From IMG/VR virus record IMGVR_UViG_3300037043_000294, positions 1-37,919 of that record: a DNA stretch of 37,919 nt. One strand, 5' to 3'. Source of the stretch: a virus. Taxonomy: Duplodnaviria; Caudoviricetes. The position numbers and the translations under genes were made by a program. Positions 25,591 through 35,200 of this stretch are shown piece after piece. Under the pieces are notes generated by a model, which saw only the letters and a program-made list of their open reading frames with translations, made no database searches and had not been told where the DNA came from. Positions within the stretch are counted from its first letter, which is position 1. Each line of letters starts with the position of its first letter.

Positions 25591-27078
25591 ATGCCGGAAC
25601 TCGACGTAAGCCGTCTCATCAACTTCTCGAAGCAGATCGATTACACGAGCCTCGACTGGCTGGCGTTTCTGTCGGACATGGTCGAGACAATCCCGCAGCT
25701 CACACCGGAATGGACGGACTACTCCGCGTCGGATCAGGGCATGGTCGTCCTCGAACTCGTATCGTTCGTTCTGGATGCTCTGTCTTACCGGTGCGATGTC
25801 ATCTCCAATGAGGCGTATCTTCAGACCGCCGCGCTTCGCAAATCCGTTCTCAATCTTGCGAAGATGATCGACTACACGCCGAAGCCCGCCGTATCCGCGA
25901 TGGTGGACCTCGTTTTCACGATCACGCCGCAAACGATTGATTTTGTGATCCCGAAAGGCACAAAGGTTTCCACGCAGCAGACAGGCGTCGAGGAAAGCTA
26001 TGTGTTCGAAACGATGGATGATCTCACCATCCCCACGGGACAAACAACCGGCATGGTGTCCGTCATCGAGGGTGAAACCAAAGAGGAAATCCTCGGAAGC
26101 AGCACGGGGCTTCCCGCGCAATTCTACGAACTCAGTTTCAAACCGCTTTCCTACGCACCCGACGGGTCATGCTCTGCTGAAGTCTTTGTCACGGAAAACG
26201 GCATCGAGGAGCGCTGGACGCCCGTGCCGTCGCTCATCGACAGCAAACCCGGCGAAAAACACTATGAAATTGAGATCGATGAAAACGAAATCGTGACGGT
26301 TAACTTCGGGGACAATCAGAACGGCAGAATCCCCGCGCCGGGCACGAACAATGTCCGGTCCGCTTACCGTGTCGGCGGCGGCGTCCAGGGTAATGTCGGG
26401 GCGAACAAGATCAATCAGATGGTGTCGAACATAGACGAAGTGTCGTCGGCCACAAACCCGAACCCGGCGTCCGGCGGCGTGGATCGGGAATCCGTCGAGA
26501 GCATCAAGCGGATGGCTCCGAGGACGCTTCGCACACTGTGGCGCGCCGTGACCGCCGAAGATTACAAGACGCTCGCCGAGGGATTGCCGGGAGTCGCCAA
26601 GGCGACGGTTCTCTGCTCCCCGCCCGGACAGACGGCCTATTGGGGACAGATAAATCTTTACATCGCCCCGGAAGGCGGCGGACTGCCGACGGTGGAACTC
26701 AAAAACATGGTCGAGGAATACTTCGCCGACCGCGAGATGCTGAATGCTACTACGGTTGTATTCGATCCGGTTTATGCGCCGGTGAATGTGTCGCTCGAAG
26801 TCGCCGTGAAAGAGAATTACATGCGGCTCGATATCGAAAACGCGGTTCGTGGTGTTGTGCGGGATTTCTTCATGTTTCCAAACGTGGACTTCGGGCAGTG
26901 TGTATTCACGAGTGACCTCGTTTCCGCCGTGGATGACATCGAGGGAGTCCGGTATGTGAACCTGACAGTTCTTTCGCGCGACACGACCGGCGTCGGCAAT
27001 GTCATCATCGCGGCGAATGAAATACCGCAACTCGGAGCGCTGGGGATTGATTCCTTTGGAGGCATTGAAGAGTCGTAA
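25591..27078 (+). CDS. Baseplate wedge J / gp47-like protein
   Basis: IDYT..D, PEWTD...SDQG..LE, FET, FGD..NGRIP, YRVGGG..GNV, GGVDRES, RAVTAEDY. Confidence 0.92.
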   Translation: MPELDVSRLINFSKQIDYTSLDWLAFLSDMVETIPQLTPEWTDYSASDQGMVVLELVSFVLDALSYRCDVISNEAYLQTAALRKSVLNLAKMIDYTPKPAVSAMVDLVFTITPQTIDFVIPKGTKVSTQQTGVEESYVFETMDDLTIPTGQTTGMVSVIEGETKEEILGSSTGLPAQFYELSFKPLSYAPDGSCSAEVFVTENGIEERWTPVPSLIDSKPGEKHYEIEIDENEIVTVNFGDNQNGRIPAPGTNNVRSAYRVGGGVQGNVGANKINQMVSNIDEVSSATNPNPASGGVDRESVESIKRMAPRTLRTLWRAVTAEDYKTLAEGLPGVAKATVLCSPPGQTAYWGQINLYIAPEGGGLPTVELKNMVEEYFADREMLNATTVVFDPVYAPVNVSLEVAVKENYMRLDIENAVRGVVRDFFMFPNVDFGQCVFTSDLVSAVDDIEGVRYVNLTVLSRDTTGVGNVIIAANEIPQLGALGIDSFGGIEES

Positions 27079-27091
27079 ACAGATAAACAAA

Positions 27092-27205
27092 AGTCCGGCA
27101 GTATTGACGCTTCGAGCCCGGTAACCAGTCCGGCAGCATCGAAACCAAGCCCGGTGATTGAACGGAACTTTTATTGTTCCGTTGAATTGCCGGGCTTTTT
27201 ATTTT
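27092..27205 (+). promoter_or_regulatory. Tandem-motif leader plus intrinsic terminator, copy 2
   Basis: AGTCCGGCAGTATTGACGCTTCGAGCCCGGTAA (27092-27124) and AGTCCGGCAGCATCGAAACCAAGCCCGGTGA (27127-27157). Same architecture as 10083-10185. Confidence 0.7.
27147..27205 (+). terminator. Rho-independent terminator
   Basis: AAGCCCGGTGATT-G-AACGGAAC / loop / GTTCCGTT-G-AATTGCCGGGCTT, followed by TTTATTTT. Confidence 0.8.
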
Positions 27206-27233
27206 GCCCAAATAACAACGGAGGTGAAACGCA

Positions 27234-27383
27234 ATGGACGACATCGGATGGGGGCTTGCGCCGTATGGAATCGAGCCTTGGGGCTCGTATGAAGATGAAT
27301 CCGGCGGCGGAACGGACGCCGGTGGCTTCGAGCCGGTGGACGGCGTGGTTCTGAGTCCCGGCATATTTGTGTTCGAAAACTAA
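27234..27383 (+). CDS. 49-aa acidic Gly-rich microprotein
   Basis: Below the ORF track cutoff. GGAGGTG RBS. MDDIGWGLAPYGIEPWGSYEDESGGGTDAGGFEPVDGVVLSPGIFVFEN. Confidence 0.6.
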   Translation: MDDIGWGLAPYGIEPWGSYEDESGGGTDAGGFEPVDGVVLSPGIFVFEN

Positions 27384-27410
27384 AAAACAAAACGAAGGAG
27401 GCATACATTC

Positions 27411-30131
27411 ATGGCATTTTCATTCACCGATCTTCTGCATCTGGCAATGCCCGCGAGGGGCGACAAGAACTGGGACGCGGATGTGAACCGCGCGCTGCGC
27501 ACAATCGACAAGGCGCTCGAAGACCTTGGCGCGAGGCCGCAGTGTTTTGACAAACGGGTCGTGAATCCGGGCGCGTCCACGATCAACGGCAGACAGGTAT
27601 CGCTAATCGACATCGAGGCGGTCGTGGGCCAAGCGAAAATCACGCTCGACGGCGGCGCCGTCACCGTCCCCGCAAACGTTACGAACAGGCCGCGCGTGGA
27701 TTCGCTGTCCGTCAATCCCGACCAGCCCGCCATTCTCGTTCTTACGCAGGGCGATCCCGCAAGCGATGTTGACGGCGCTCTGCGCGTGACACGGATGTAC
27801 GACAGAAACAACACGGGTATTGATGAACTTCTCAACCCGGCGGGCAAGGCAGGTTCGCTCTTCGTCATCCCGACGCTTCTCGCGCATTACGATACCGCCG
27901 TCGAAACGCTCATCGCCCCGGCTTATGAGTTGACATACGAATTATTCACCCAAGGCCCGGCGGACGGAGTCATACCGAAACTTCTGCGTTTCGATCCCGT
28001 GACAGGAACTTTCACGGACACCGGCGCGGACCTTCATTTCACATCGCAGTTCCGCTCGAATGTCGGCGACCTCATTGCCGTTATTCCTCTCGGATGCATC
28101 GCGCCGAACGCTGCCGGAACAGGCGACAGTTACTTTTTCGCGTGTGTCGTTTCGAACAACACCATTCCCGGCAACCTCGTTTTTGCCGAGTTCGACGCGG
28201 AGACCGGAGCGCTCGTGGACGCGTTCTGGTTTTCGAATGAGGACGGAAACGCTTTCATGGGAATCCCCGGCTTCTGGAAGTTCACGGGTGTCGAGTCCGG
28301 CGCGCGGACGTTCCTCGCATCCATCCTGCCGCTTACGATGCAACTCAAATTCGCAAAGCCGTTCATGACAACGACACGCATTCCGAATCCGCCGTCCGCG
28401 GTGAAGATGTTCGGCCAGCCGTTCACATTCGGCTCGACGACGATCCACGCGATGGAAATCACGGCAGATTCCGTCCGGGCGCTTTCCCCAAAAGGCGACC
28501 TCGTCGCGCTCCCCGGAAGCGGCATGGACGGCTCCGGCGTTGTCTTCTCCGGCGCGAGCAGTTCCGAGGAAGGCGCTATCGGGGCCATCTTCCAGCAGAG
28601 AAACAACGGCAACGAGACACGTCCCAGCAATTCGATTCAGGGTGACATGGGCGGATACGGTGACAGCGCCGATTTCGATCCGTTCCCGATGATCCTTGAA
28701 CTCGCGGGCAACGCCGCAGCGTGGAATATCGACGCCGCGCCGGTTTCGCCGTCCTTCACATCCGCGATCACGGTTGTAAACGGTGACCAGATTGCCATGA
28801 CCAGCCGCATCAACTGCTACCGCACGGACTGGCGCAATCCGACCAATACGCAAATCGAGGTAGTTCTGAACGACGGGCACACCACGCCGCCGGTCGGATT
28901 GGAGTTGTTTTTCTCCATCGAGGGAAATCAGAACAACGAAGACTTCGACACGATGTGGTCGGTTGTCGTGCAGGCGCTCCCCGGCGACGGCAAGATAGGT
29001 GTCGTTCTCAACAACGCGCATGTGTTCACAGGAAATACGATCAGCGATTACTACCGCCTGAGCGGGCTCCAAAGCAACGGCAACATTAAGATGCGCGCCG
29101 GTTACCGGATCGATAACGGAAACAACTACACCGAGCGCGTCCTGCATCTGAACGACGTGTCCGACTCGGACATCGGCAAACCGGTCAAGATCACCTACGA
29201 CCACGACGGTCTCGAACTCTCCTGCATTTCCTTCATCTGCGGCAACGGTGAAATCCGCGATTGCCATGCGGGTTCGGACAACCTCCGCGATCACAACAAC
29301 AACGAATTCCCGGACTGGCTTGGCACCGTTTACCGCGAGACTTGCAAGGGCGACATACACATCGGCTGGAACATCCTCAATTCCAATAACACAAAATCCA
29401 TGCCGCTCGCGCAGGAGTTCACGCCGGTCATCAAATCCCGCTCGGCAAACTACGCCGCATTCCAGCGGAACTCAAACATCGGCGCTCCCGGCTCTTCCAA
29501 CACAGTGACTTATGACAAGAACGGCGTCACGGCGAGCTGGCAGGATGCTGACGGCGGCAACGATGTGTTTATCTGCAACGACACCACACTCGTTTCCGGC
29601 AGCGGGCTTCCTGTCCAGGGTGGCGGCGGGACGGACTACGACGCGCTCGACGCGGACGGGTTCAAGTGCGCGGTCGGTTCGGACGTGCCGCTTCTCACAG
29701 CCGATGTCATCGATCCCGCACAGGTCACCGTCACTCTGTTGCCGTATCAGGAGCCGATCTTCACCGCAAGGAGATACAACTTCCCGTCCACCATCGCGGT
29801 CGCGCTCGGCTCGGCATACCTGAAAGGTAAATTCTACACGCCCGGCGTCGCGCTCTCCGGCATTCCCTATTCGGCGATCTTCGAGTTCACGCCGTTCGAC
29901 GCCCCCGCCGTTCAGGATGTACCGACCGGCCACATCAAGGTCGGCGAAGTTCTCGTGCCGCCGGACGCGGACGGAATGCCTCTCACCGTTCTGACGGAGC
30001 CGGACTATTCCGATGCGACGGTTTCACGCGCCGACCAGTTCAGGTCCATGCTCGCGGCATTCAATTCCGCGAACGACCTTCACAATCTCCTGCCCGCGTT
30101 TCTCGCCATCGCGCCGTTTCTGAAAAAGTAA
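27411..30131 (+). CDS. Putative tail fibre / receptor-binding protein
   Basis: 906 aa, AGGAGG RBS. Fibre-like N-terminus (L.MP..GD.NW...VN..L..ID). Beta-rich, Gly/Asn/Thr-rich body. Confidence 0.6.
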   Translation: MAFSFTDLLHLAMPARGDKNWDADVNRALRTIDKALEDLGARPQCFDKRVVNPGASTINGRQVSLIDIEAVVGQAKITLDGGAVTVPANVTNRPRVDSLSVNPDQPAILVLTQGDPASDVDGALRVTRMYDRNNTGIDELLNPAGKAGSLFVIPTLLAHYDTAVETLIAPAYELTYELFTQGPADGVIPKLLRFDPVTGTFTDTGADLHFTSQFRSNVGDLIAVIPLGCIAPNAAGTGDSYFFACVVSNNTIPGNLVFAEFDAETGALVDAFWFSNEDGNAFMGIPGFWKFTGVESGARTFLASILPLTMQLKFAKPFMTTTRIPNPPSAVKMFGQPFTFGSTTIHAMEITADSVRALSPKGDLVALPGSGMDGSGVVFSGASSSEEGAIGAIFQQRNNGNETRPSNSIQGDMGGYGDSADFDPFPMILELAGNAAAWNIDAAPVSPSFTSAITVVNGDQIAMTSRINCYRTDWRNPTNTQIEVVLNDGHTTPPVGLELFFSIEGNQNNEDFDTMWSVVVQALPGDGKIGVVLNNAHVFTGNTISDYYRLSGLQSNGNIKMRAGYRIDNGNNYTERVLHLNDVSDSDIGKPVKITYDHDGLELSCISFICGNGEIRDCHAGSDNLRDHNNNEFPDWLGTVYRETCKGDIHIGWNILNSNNTKSMPLAQEFTPVIKSRSANYAAFQRNSNIGAPGSSNTVTYDKNGVTASWQDADGGNDVFICNDTTLVSGSGLPVQGGGGTDYDALDADGFKCAVGSDVPLLTADVIDPAQVTVTLLPYQEPIFTARRYNFPSTIAVALGSAYLKGKFYTPGVALSGIPYSAIFEFTPFDAPAVQDVPTGHIKVGEVLVPPDADGMPLTVLTEPDYSDATVSRADQFRSMLAAFNSANDLHNLLPAFLAIAPFLKK

Positions 30132-30140
30132 GGAGCATAC

Positions 30141-31196
30141 ATGCTGACGTCGCTTGATCAGAACAATTCCGTAATCGTGTCCTGGACAAACCCGCCGGGC
30201 GCGGCCCGGACAATTCTCGTCCGAAAGACGCGGGATTATCCGCGCAACATTCAGGACGGAATCATCGTGTCCGACGCCGCCCCGGCGGTCGAGTCCTGCA
30301 CGGACGCGGAACCCGCGAACGGTTATTTCAACTATTACCGCGTGTTCTTTCAGGATGCCGCCGATGCGTGGCTGGATGTTCCGGTGGAAGATGATCGCTC
30401 GCGCATACGGTGCGAGGCATCGTTCGATTACCACGGCAAACTGTACGGCAATCTCCCCGAACTCTACGAGCGTCAGGACGAGAACGAAGAGTTGTTCCGC
30501 TTTCTTTCAATCATCGGATGGGAACTGGAGAAGTTCCGCGCGAAGCAATCCGGACTGAACGACATCTCGAACGTAAATGAAGTGCGGGACGACCTGCTCG
30601 AACATCTCGCGTGGAACGTCGGCTGGCTTCTGAACCGCGAACTGCCTGTGCTTCGCCAGCGGGCCGAGATAAAGCGCGCCGTCGCCATCTACAGAAAGAA
30701 AGGCACGCGCCGCGGACTCATCGATCTCATTCAGGGGATTATGAACTGGGACATGGAGGTCATCAAATATAACCGGAACATCCTCATGACCGGCCACCCG
30801 GAAAGCACGACGCTCAAAGTAAGTGATCCGAATGTCACGATGAACATGGACACGTCCGCCGACATGGCGGACTACATCCTCGGCGGCGACAAATCCCCGG
30901 ACAGAATCCGCATCAAGATCAAGGCGACTTACGACTTCCACATGTTCGAGAAAGTTCGAAACAAGCTGTTTCGTATCCTCCGGTTCTGGGTGCCAGCGTG
31001 CATGTCCGTGATTCTCGAACTCGCCACATACAACGAGGAGTCCGGCTTCATCTGTGACTGGCGACCGGCGCAAGCGGACCTACTGTCGTCCAACTGGCTT
31101 CTTACGAATACCTTCACCGGAAGTGAATGGCAAATACTCTCGGAAAGGACAACCAACAATCTCTTATGGAGAACTCCGTTACTCACATCCCTATGA
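30141..31196 (+). CDS. Baseplate wedge / tail protein I (P2 gpI-like) with an N-terminal FN3-like domain
   Basis: LPELY...D..LFRFL, LLEHLAWNVGW, R..IKRAVAIYRKKGTRRGL, WVPA. N-terminal VSWTNP...YYRVF. Confidence 0.8.
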   Translation: MLTSLDQNNSVIVSWTNPPGAARTILVRKTRDYPRNIQDGIIVSDAAPAVESCTDAEPANGYFNYYRVFFQDAADAWLDVPVEDDRSRIRCEASFDYHGKLYGNLPELYERQDENEELFRFLSIIGWELEKFRAKQSGLNDISNVNEVRDDLLEHLAWNVGWLLNRELPVLRQRAEIKRAVAIYRKKGTRRGLIDLIQGIMNWDMEVIKYNRNILMTGHPESTTLKVSDPNVTMNMDTSADMADYILGGDKSPDRIRIKIKATYDFHMFEKVRNKLFRILRFWVPACMSVILELATYNEESGFICDWRPAQADLLSSNWLLTNTFTGSEWQILSERTTNNLLWRTPLLTSL

Positions 31197-31690
31197 AATC
31201 GGCTTTCACGATTGAAGGCCGTTTCATGGACATCGCGCACTATCTCGATGGTCGCTCCGAAATCATCCGCGAGGGACATAACATCGTGACCGATTCCGGG
31301 CTCGGCCTCGTGGTGGGCGCTCTCGGCAATCTTATGAACGGCATCGCGCAATGGCAAGTCGGAAGCGGCGATCCCGCATGGGACACGGCTCCCGAGGAAG
31401 CGACGGCAGACAGGACTTGCCTCGTTGCCCCCGTTCTTATGAAGCCGGTCACGGTTTCCTACTGGGATGCTGTGAACAATCGTTTCTCGCCGACGCCGAC
31501 CGACACGATTGACGTTCGCGTCGTCTTCATGTCCGAAGAGGCAAACGCGCCGCTCCGTGAGTTCGGGCTTGTCGGCCCCGATCCGGAGAACGTCCTCTTC
31601 AACTATGTGATCCATGAGCGGATTTCAAAGTCCGAGAACTTCAATCTCGAACGCATCATGCGGATCACCGTGCGTCGCGCACAGAACTGA
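31193..31690 (+). CDS. Baseplate/tail-fibre attachment protein
   Basis: Likely start ATG 31193. HNIVTDSG, VGSGD, EANAPLREFGL, LFNYV...ISK motifs of myovirus tail-collar/fibre-attachment proteins. Confidence 0.65.
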   Translation: MKSAFTIEGRFMDIAHYLDGRSEIIREGHNIVTDSGLGLVVGALGNLMNGIAQWQVGSGDPAWDTAPEEATADRTCLVAPVLMKPVTVSYWDAVNNRFSPTPTDTIDVRVVFMSEEANAPLREFGLVGPDPENVLFNYVIHERISKSENFNLERIMRITVRRAQN

Positions 31691-31708
31691 CGAAAGGAAG
31701 TTTCACTT

Positions 31709-32236
31709 ATGGCAAATAGAAAAATCAGAAATCTCATCGTGCATCATTCCGTGAGCGCATGGGGCGATGGCGCAATCATCACGCAATGGCACACTGCGCC
31801 CAAGCCGAAAGGAAACGGATGGAGCGCTCCCGGATATCACGTTGTCATCTGCAACGGATATCCAAACTACAACTCATGGAACAATCGAAAACCGATCAGC
31901 ACCGCAGATGGCCGCGTCGACCGCATCTGGCCGGAGGACAAACCCTCGAACGGCTGCAAGTATGCGAATGCCGACGCGCTCCATGTTTGTCTCATCGGTG
32001 ATTTCGACAAAAACACGCCGACCGAACGCCAGATGGAAAAGCTCACCGACCTCCTCGTGTTCTGGTGCCGGAAGTACGGACTCGATCCGCACACAGCAAT
32101 CTACGGTCACGGCGAGATGCAGCGGAAGATTGGCAAGGAAGGCTATAGCAAAACCTGCCCCGGCAAAAACGTGAGTATGAAAGCTGTGCGTGACGCCGTT
32201 GCCGAGAAACTCTCTCATGCGGAGGTGAAGAAATGA
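31709..32236 (+). CDS. N-acetylmuramoyl-L-alanine amidase (Amidase_2, T7 lysozyme/PGRP-like endolysin)
   Basis: IVHHS, GW...GYH, VCLIGDF, PT..Q, GH, KTCPG; Zn ligands His/His/Cys. Confidence 0.92.
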   Translation: MANRKIRNLIVHHSVSAWGDGAIITQWHTAPKPKGNGWSAPGYHVVICNGYPNYNSWNNRKPISTADGRVDRIWPEDKPSNGCKYANADALHVCLIGDFDKNTPTERQMEKLTDLLVFWCRKYGLDPHTAIYGHGEMQRKIGKEGYSKTCPGKNVSMKAVRDAVAEKLSHAEVKK

Positions 32237-35200
32237 CTGTCTCTCGCGATCAGTTTGATGAAACGAAAAACTGGACGGAGCCGGAGTGGCAGGAAGGCGT
32301 GCCCGTCATGGACGCCGACCTGAATCTTGCAATGAAGATAGGCAAGACCGGACTGCGCCGGGCGGTGTGTGATTTCCTCGGAAGCGGGTCACCGAACGAC
32401 GGATTCAAACTGTCCGGGGCCGCGACCGATCCGACCATCCACGCCGGAGGCATCTGGGTCGCCGGGCTGAAGATTGAACTGCCCGGAAACATCCAGGCGT
32501 CAGCGCAACCGAACGCGCCGGTATCGTTCCCAAACGGAAACGGCATCTGGTTCCTTGACGCCGTTGAGCAACTCCTGACGAATGCCGACGATCCGGCTAT
32601 CCGGGACTCGCGGCTACCCGCGAACGTGGAAACGCCGGTAAAGGTATGGAAGACCGACTGGACGCTTCGCAAAGTCCTCGGCGCGACGCTTTCCACACCC
32701 GAAGCTGACCACTACTACATCGGCATCGCACTCGAGGCGGGCGGCACCCTCACAGACATCCGAAACACGGGTATGGTTCTCGCCGGAGCGGATACGGGGT
32801 TCCAGAACCGCACTGGCGGTCGGCCTGGAAGCGGTCATCGCCACAGAGACGAGGACGTCGATGTTGCCAATCCGAATTACACCGGCGACACGCTCGAGGA
32901 AATTCTGAATGAGATCGATTCCCGTATCGACGTCGTTCAAGGCGGCATTGGCGTCGTAACGCCTCACGCGGTTTCACATGGCGCTGGCGGTTCGGATCAG
33001 GTCAACATCTCAAACCTGTCCGGGCAATGCACACAGGCGCAGGTTTCACCGGCGCATTCAGGTCTGCACACAGCCTCGTTAAACGGCGGACTGCCGGTTT
33101 CTCCCGACGTGAACGGGAACGCTTCCATCGGCGCTCATCTCGCGGACACCGCCATTCACAGAAAGAATCACAACGATCTTCTTTCCATGCAGGGCGGTTC
33201 TCCGACCGAGCGGTATCATCTCGCTCTCGATCTCTACAACGCCGCGTCAGGAGCCGCCGGCGCGAATGCCGCCAACCCGTTTGCAACGGTCGGCGATATC
33301 TCGGGTGTCGCGGCCAAGTTTGCGTCGCCGGTTCAGACCGCGCAGAATCTCCGCGACGTCGCGGCGGTGAACCGCTCCGACAAACAGGTGCGGCTCGTCG
33401 AAGACAAAGGTTCTCTCTACCGGTTCGACGACACAGGCACGGGAGCAGACGACGGCGACGGCATAATCGCTCCGACAACCGGCACGGGACGCTGGTTCAA
33501 GATGTCGTCAGCCGTCCCCGATCTTTCGACGGTTCTTACCAAGGGAAACAGCGCGGGCAACCGCAAAATCGTCAACCTTCTAAACCCGGACAATCCGCAG
33601 GACGCCGCGACCATGGGCTGGGTCAAAAACCTCGTCGGCGCTGGCGGCACGAACGCCTCGTGGGTCGTCATGGACACTTCCGGCGCGCCGGGCACTTACT
33701 CGGATTTGCAACTGGCGATGAATGCTCTGGGCAATGACGGCGGCATCATCTGGATCAAGCCGGGCATATACACTCTCAGCTCTCATGTCACGATGAAACA
33801 CAACACCATCCTTTACGGCCTCGGCTCGATGGAGGAAGGATTGCCGGATGTCATGCCGACGCTGGTTCCTGTAGCGGGATTCACAGACTACTGCATGATT
33901 CAGGCGTCTCCCGGAAACAAGTTCCTGAATCTCTGGATCAAGGTGCCGAAAAACAGCATCGGCATCAGCCCGTACCGTTATTACGGGTCCCGGCTCGATG
34001 TCGAGGGTTGTTTCATCGAGGCTGCAACAACCGATTTTGGAAGCGATTTTTACGCGACCACCATCGGCATCGGCGGCGACTGGGGGGTGTACGGACAGGA
34101 GATCATGAACGGAAAAATCCGCAACTGTGTGTTCCGTCGGCTGCGGCACGGCATCTACTGCGAACTGAACAACAACACGGTCATCGAATACAACCGGTTC
34201 CAGGGCACTGGTGGTTTCCGGTACGAACTCGCTCCCGTCATTTACGGCAGCGTCAATCAGGGAAGCAACCAGTTCCGGGCGACGACCGCTGTCGTAAACG
34301 CGGGTCTGATAGCCGTGGGCATGACGGTTGGTTTCAGCGATGGGACCAACAGTGATTACAAAACCGTGGTGGACTTGGTGTATGACAGCATGTATGGAAA
34401 CTATCAATGCACCGTGAACAGCGCGTTCCAACACGGATACGACGGTTCTCCGGGGCAAAGTTTCTACAGTGCGCCCTCGTCGTCCGGCATCACGGCTGGC
34501 GACAACACCTACGAGACGTTCATCTGCTTCAACTACTTTGACGGCGGCGGAAACGGATACCTCGACATCAACGCGGTGAGAGACCCCGGCACGAACATCG
34601 GGTTGCTGAATGCCTACATCATCGGCAACACGTCCGCCACGCTTTTTGCGGGCGTTGATAAACCGACCGTGAAACTGCAGACCAGCCCGTACTCCTTCTC
34701 CGGAGGCGACATTCTTTTCCTTGGCAACACTTTCGCCGGACAGATATTTGTCGACGGCTCGAACACTGTTGCGTTCATCTGCTGCAACAACAACATCGGC
34801 TCGATTGACGCGACGGCTTATGAAGGCCGAGTCATCTTCAACAACAACCTGTGCCGTGGGAATGTGAAGCTGAAAAACGCGGCCACGACCAACGGCAACT
34901 ATGTTGCTGGCAACCTTCAGGTTATCAGCGGCACCACGGAGAAGACGCTGGCTGTTGGGAATTTTGTCGCCAGTGGAATGACGCTTGCCGGGGATTACAG
35001 CGTCGCGGCAAACAACGTCATCGAGGACGGCGGCCTGAGCGTCGGCGGAAAAGGCTCCCGCGCGTCCGGCAATTCCGTAAGAGGCACCCTGACGCTCGGT
35101 TTCTGGGGGTCGGCCACGGGCAATGTCATCCGCACGACAAAACAGGTCGGCATCAGCGCGATTGTCCCACGGGCACAGATCGCTGGGAACGCCTGCATCG

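Noticed and set aside
17804-27078. Extracellular contractile injection system, tailocin or T6SS
   Set aside because: Sheath, tube and baseplate resemble those systems, but terminase, portal, protease, capsid and neck genes are in the same operon, so this is a phage module.
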